From positions 80,631-144,630 of the forward strand of contig NW_005434537.1 of NCBI RefSeq assembly GCF_000315625.1: a stretch of DNA of 64,000 nt. The letters are read 5' to 3'. Made by a program: the position numbers and the translations under genes. Positions within the stretch are counted from its first letter, which is position 1. Every line of letters begins with the position of its first letter. Under the pieces are notes generated by a model. The model did no database searches and had not been told where the DNA came from. It saw only the letters and a list, made by a program, of their open reading frames with translations. Origin of the DNA: Guillardia theta CCMP2712 (Eukaryota; Protista; Cryptophyta). Of this stretch, positions 62,604 to 64,000 are shown in pieces.

Positions 62604-63921
62604 TCACGGGCCGCTCCTCTGCGCCGCGCCGCGGGCGACACCCCAGCCCGCGGCGCCCGACCTCGCCCGCTTGTAGCCGAAGGTGTTGGAGTAGGGGTCC
62701 GGGTGGTCCGTCTCCGCGTTCCAGTAGTGCAGCGTCCAGAGGGAGTTGCGCGCGTTGCTGCGGAGGTACTGCGCCGTGGGCAGCTTGCTGCGCGTGCTCT
62801 CGGCCATGCTCTCGCACGAGGCCACGCACCGCACGATCCTCCATCTCCCCGACCCCGAGCCCGGCGTACGCCGACTGGTTCACCCTCACGCTCACCCTCC
62901 TCTCGTACACGGCGGCGTAGAGCACGGGGCAGGCCAGCGACAGCGTCGCCACGTCCCTGTCGTGCGCCTCCTGCCCGCCCCGGAGGGTGGAGAGCAGCGG
63001 GATCACCCTCTCCCGGTTGCACCACACCCGCGTCGGGCCGATGGTGGGCAGCCCCTGCGTGTAGTCGCAGCCCGTGAGGATGGCGAAGCTCGCGAGCACC
63101 GTGCACGCGTTGCGGCAGCCCGGGCAGTGCCGCGCCACGTCGTCGCAGAGCTCCTGCGCCATGCGGTTGATGTGCACGTACTCGTACTTGGGCTCCGAGG
63201 CCGAGGCGGGCGCCGCCGCCCCCGCCCTCACCCGCATGCGGTAGATGGCGATCTGCGGCAGCGAGGCCTCGGGCGTCCCGGCCCTGGCGAGGTTCTCCAG
63301 GTGCACCATGGCCATGGGCACGTAGTCTCCATCGATGGCGTCGATGAGGAGGTTGCCGAGGTGGGTGTAGGAGGTGAACTTGACGTCGCTCTCGCCCTTG
63401 AGCCCCGCGTGCGGCAGCTCAAAGTCCTGGCACGTGCCGTTGGGCAGGTGCACGACGGGCGTGCTGTTGTGGTCGATGATGAGCCTCTGGTGGGCCGCCA
63501 GCGTCAGGTGCTTGTGCAGGTTCGTCTTGACGTAGTCGATGACCCGCGACTTGAACAGCCGGTTGCGGATGGCGTCCTCCCAGTTGTCCGGGATGATCGG
63601 AGGCAGGCACTCCCCGCTGGCGAAGCTGAAGCTGTTCACCTTCTTGTTGCGCTTGTGCTGCGTCATCCCCTTGCACACGGGGACGTGCTCGTAGTTGTCG
63701 AAGGCGAGCACCACCGTGCTCACCCCGGCCTCGAAGTGCCGCCGCACGCAGTTGACGAACTGGCAGACGAGGAAGAGCTGCCACGTCTTGACGCTCGTCG
63801 GCTTCATCAGCTTGATCTGCCCGTCGATGAAGGCCACGTCCGGCACGAACGGCGCCGTGGCCTGGAACGCCCCGCCCGCCGCCGCCTTCCATATCTTCAT
63901 CCAGCCGGAGTTGATCGTCAT
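62604..63921 (-). CDS. FEN1/XPG-family (PIN fold) 5' nuclease; frameshift near 62845
   Basis: FIDG, LAFD, GESDVK, IDGDY, H3TH motif ILTGCDYTQGLPTIGP; C-terminus in ORF 62604-62834. Confidence 0.8.
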
Positions 63922-64000
63922 GCCGCGGGTCACGATCCCGGGTGCTCGGGTGGGTGGGGGGCCGGCCGCCGTGGCCGTGGCCGGGGTGTTGGCCCCTTTT

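Larger units (their letters stand above)
59745..64000. mobile_element. Second virus-like segment (very GC-rich coding)
   Basis: Tightly packed intronless genes including a FEN1/XPG-like nuclease; same YATTWAA upstream motif. Confidence 0.6.

Noticed and set aside
60756-63106. Long overlapping ORFs (467 aa minus, 646 aa plus, and the N-terminal extension of the 742-aa ORF)
   Set aside because: Shadow frames caused by extreme GC3 bias of the real gene starting at 62533

Overview
Eukaryotic genomic DNA made of two components. (1) A gene-dense, intron-containing endogenous large DNA virus region (1-37960 and 59745-64000). It is most consistent with a mirusvirus-like (Duplodnaviria) element. It encodes a herpes-type terminase Walker-A exon, a heliorhodopsin, a FEN1/XPG-type nuclease, a DEDD exonuclease, a RING-like protein, a transglutaminase-like protein, Cys-rich and other secreted proteins, and several polytopic membrane proteins. 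No major capsid protein or DNA polymerase is recognisable in the window. (2) A palindrome-rich 323-bp satellite array (37961-59744) interrupted by a 2.76-kb TIR element and by a copia LTR retrotransposon, which itself carries a nested chromodomain gypsy element. Bases 1-3537 duplicate 32179-37961, implying a ~34.4-kb repeat unit or an assembly artefact. The most striking signal is a set of viral genes that stop at orphan splice donors. In particular, two halves of a putative AAA+ helicase lie on opposite strands (13919->11532 minus; 22996->25704 plus) with a phase-matched donor and acceptor, and the terminase ends at the herpesvirus-like splice position with no partner exon in the window. This suggests a trans-spliced or rearranged viral gene system. 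All family calls are from motif recognition by eye; no database search was run.
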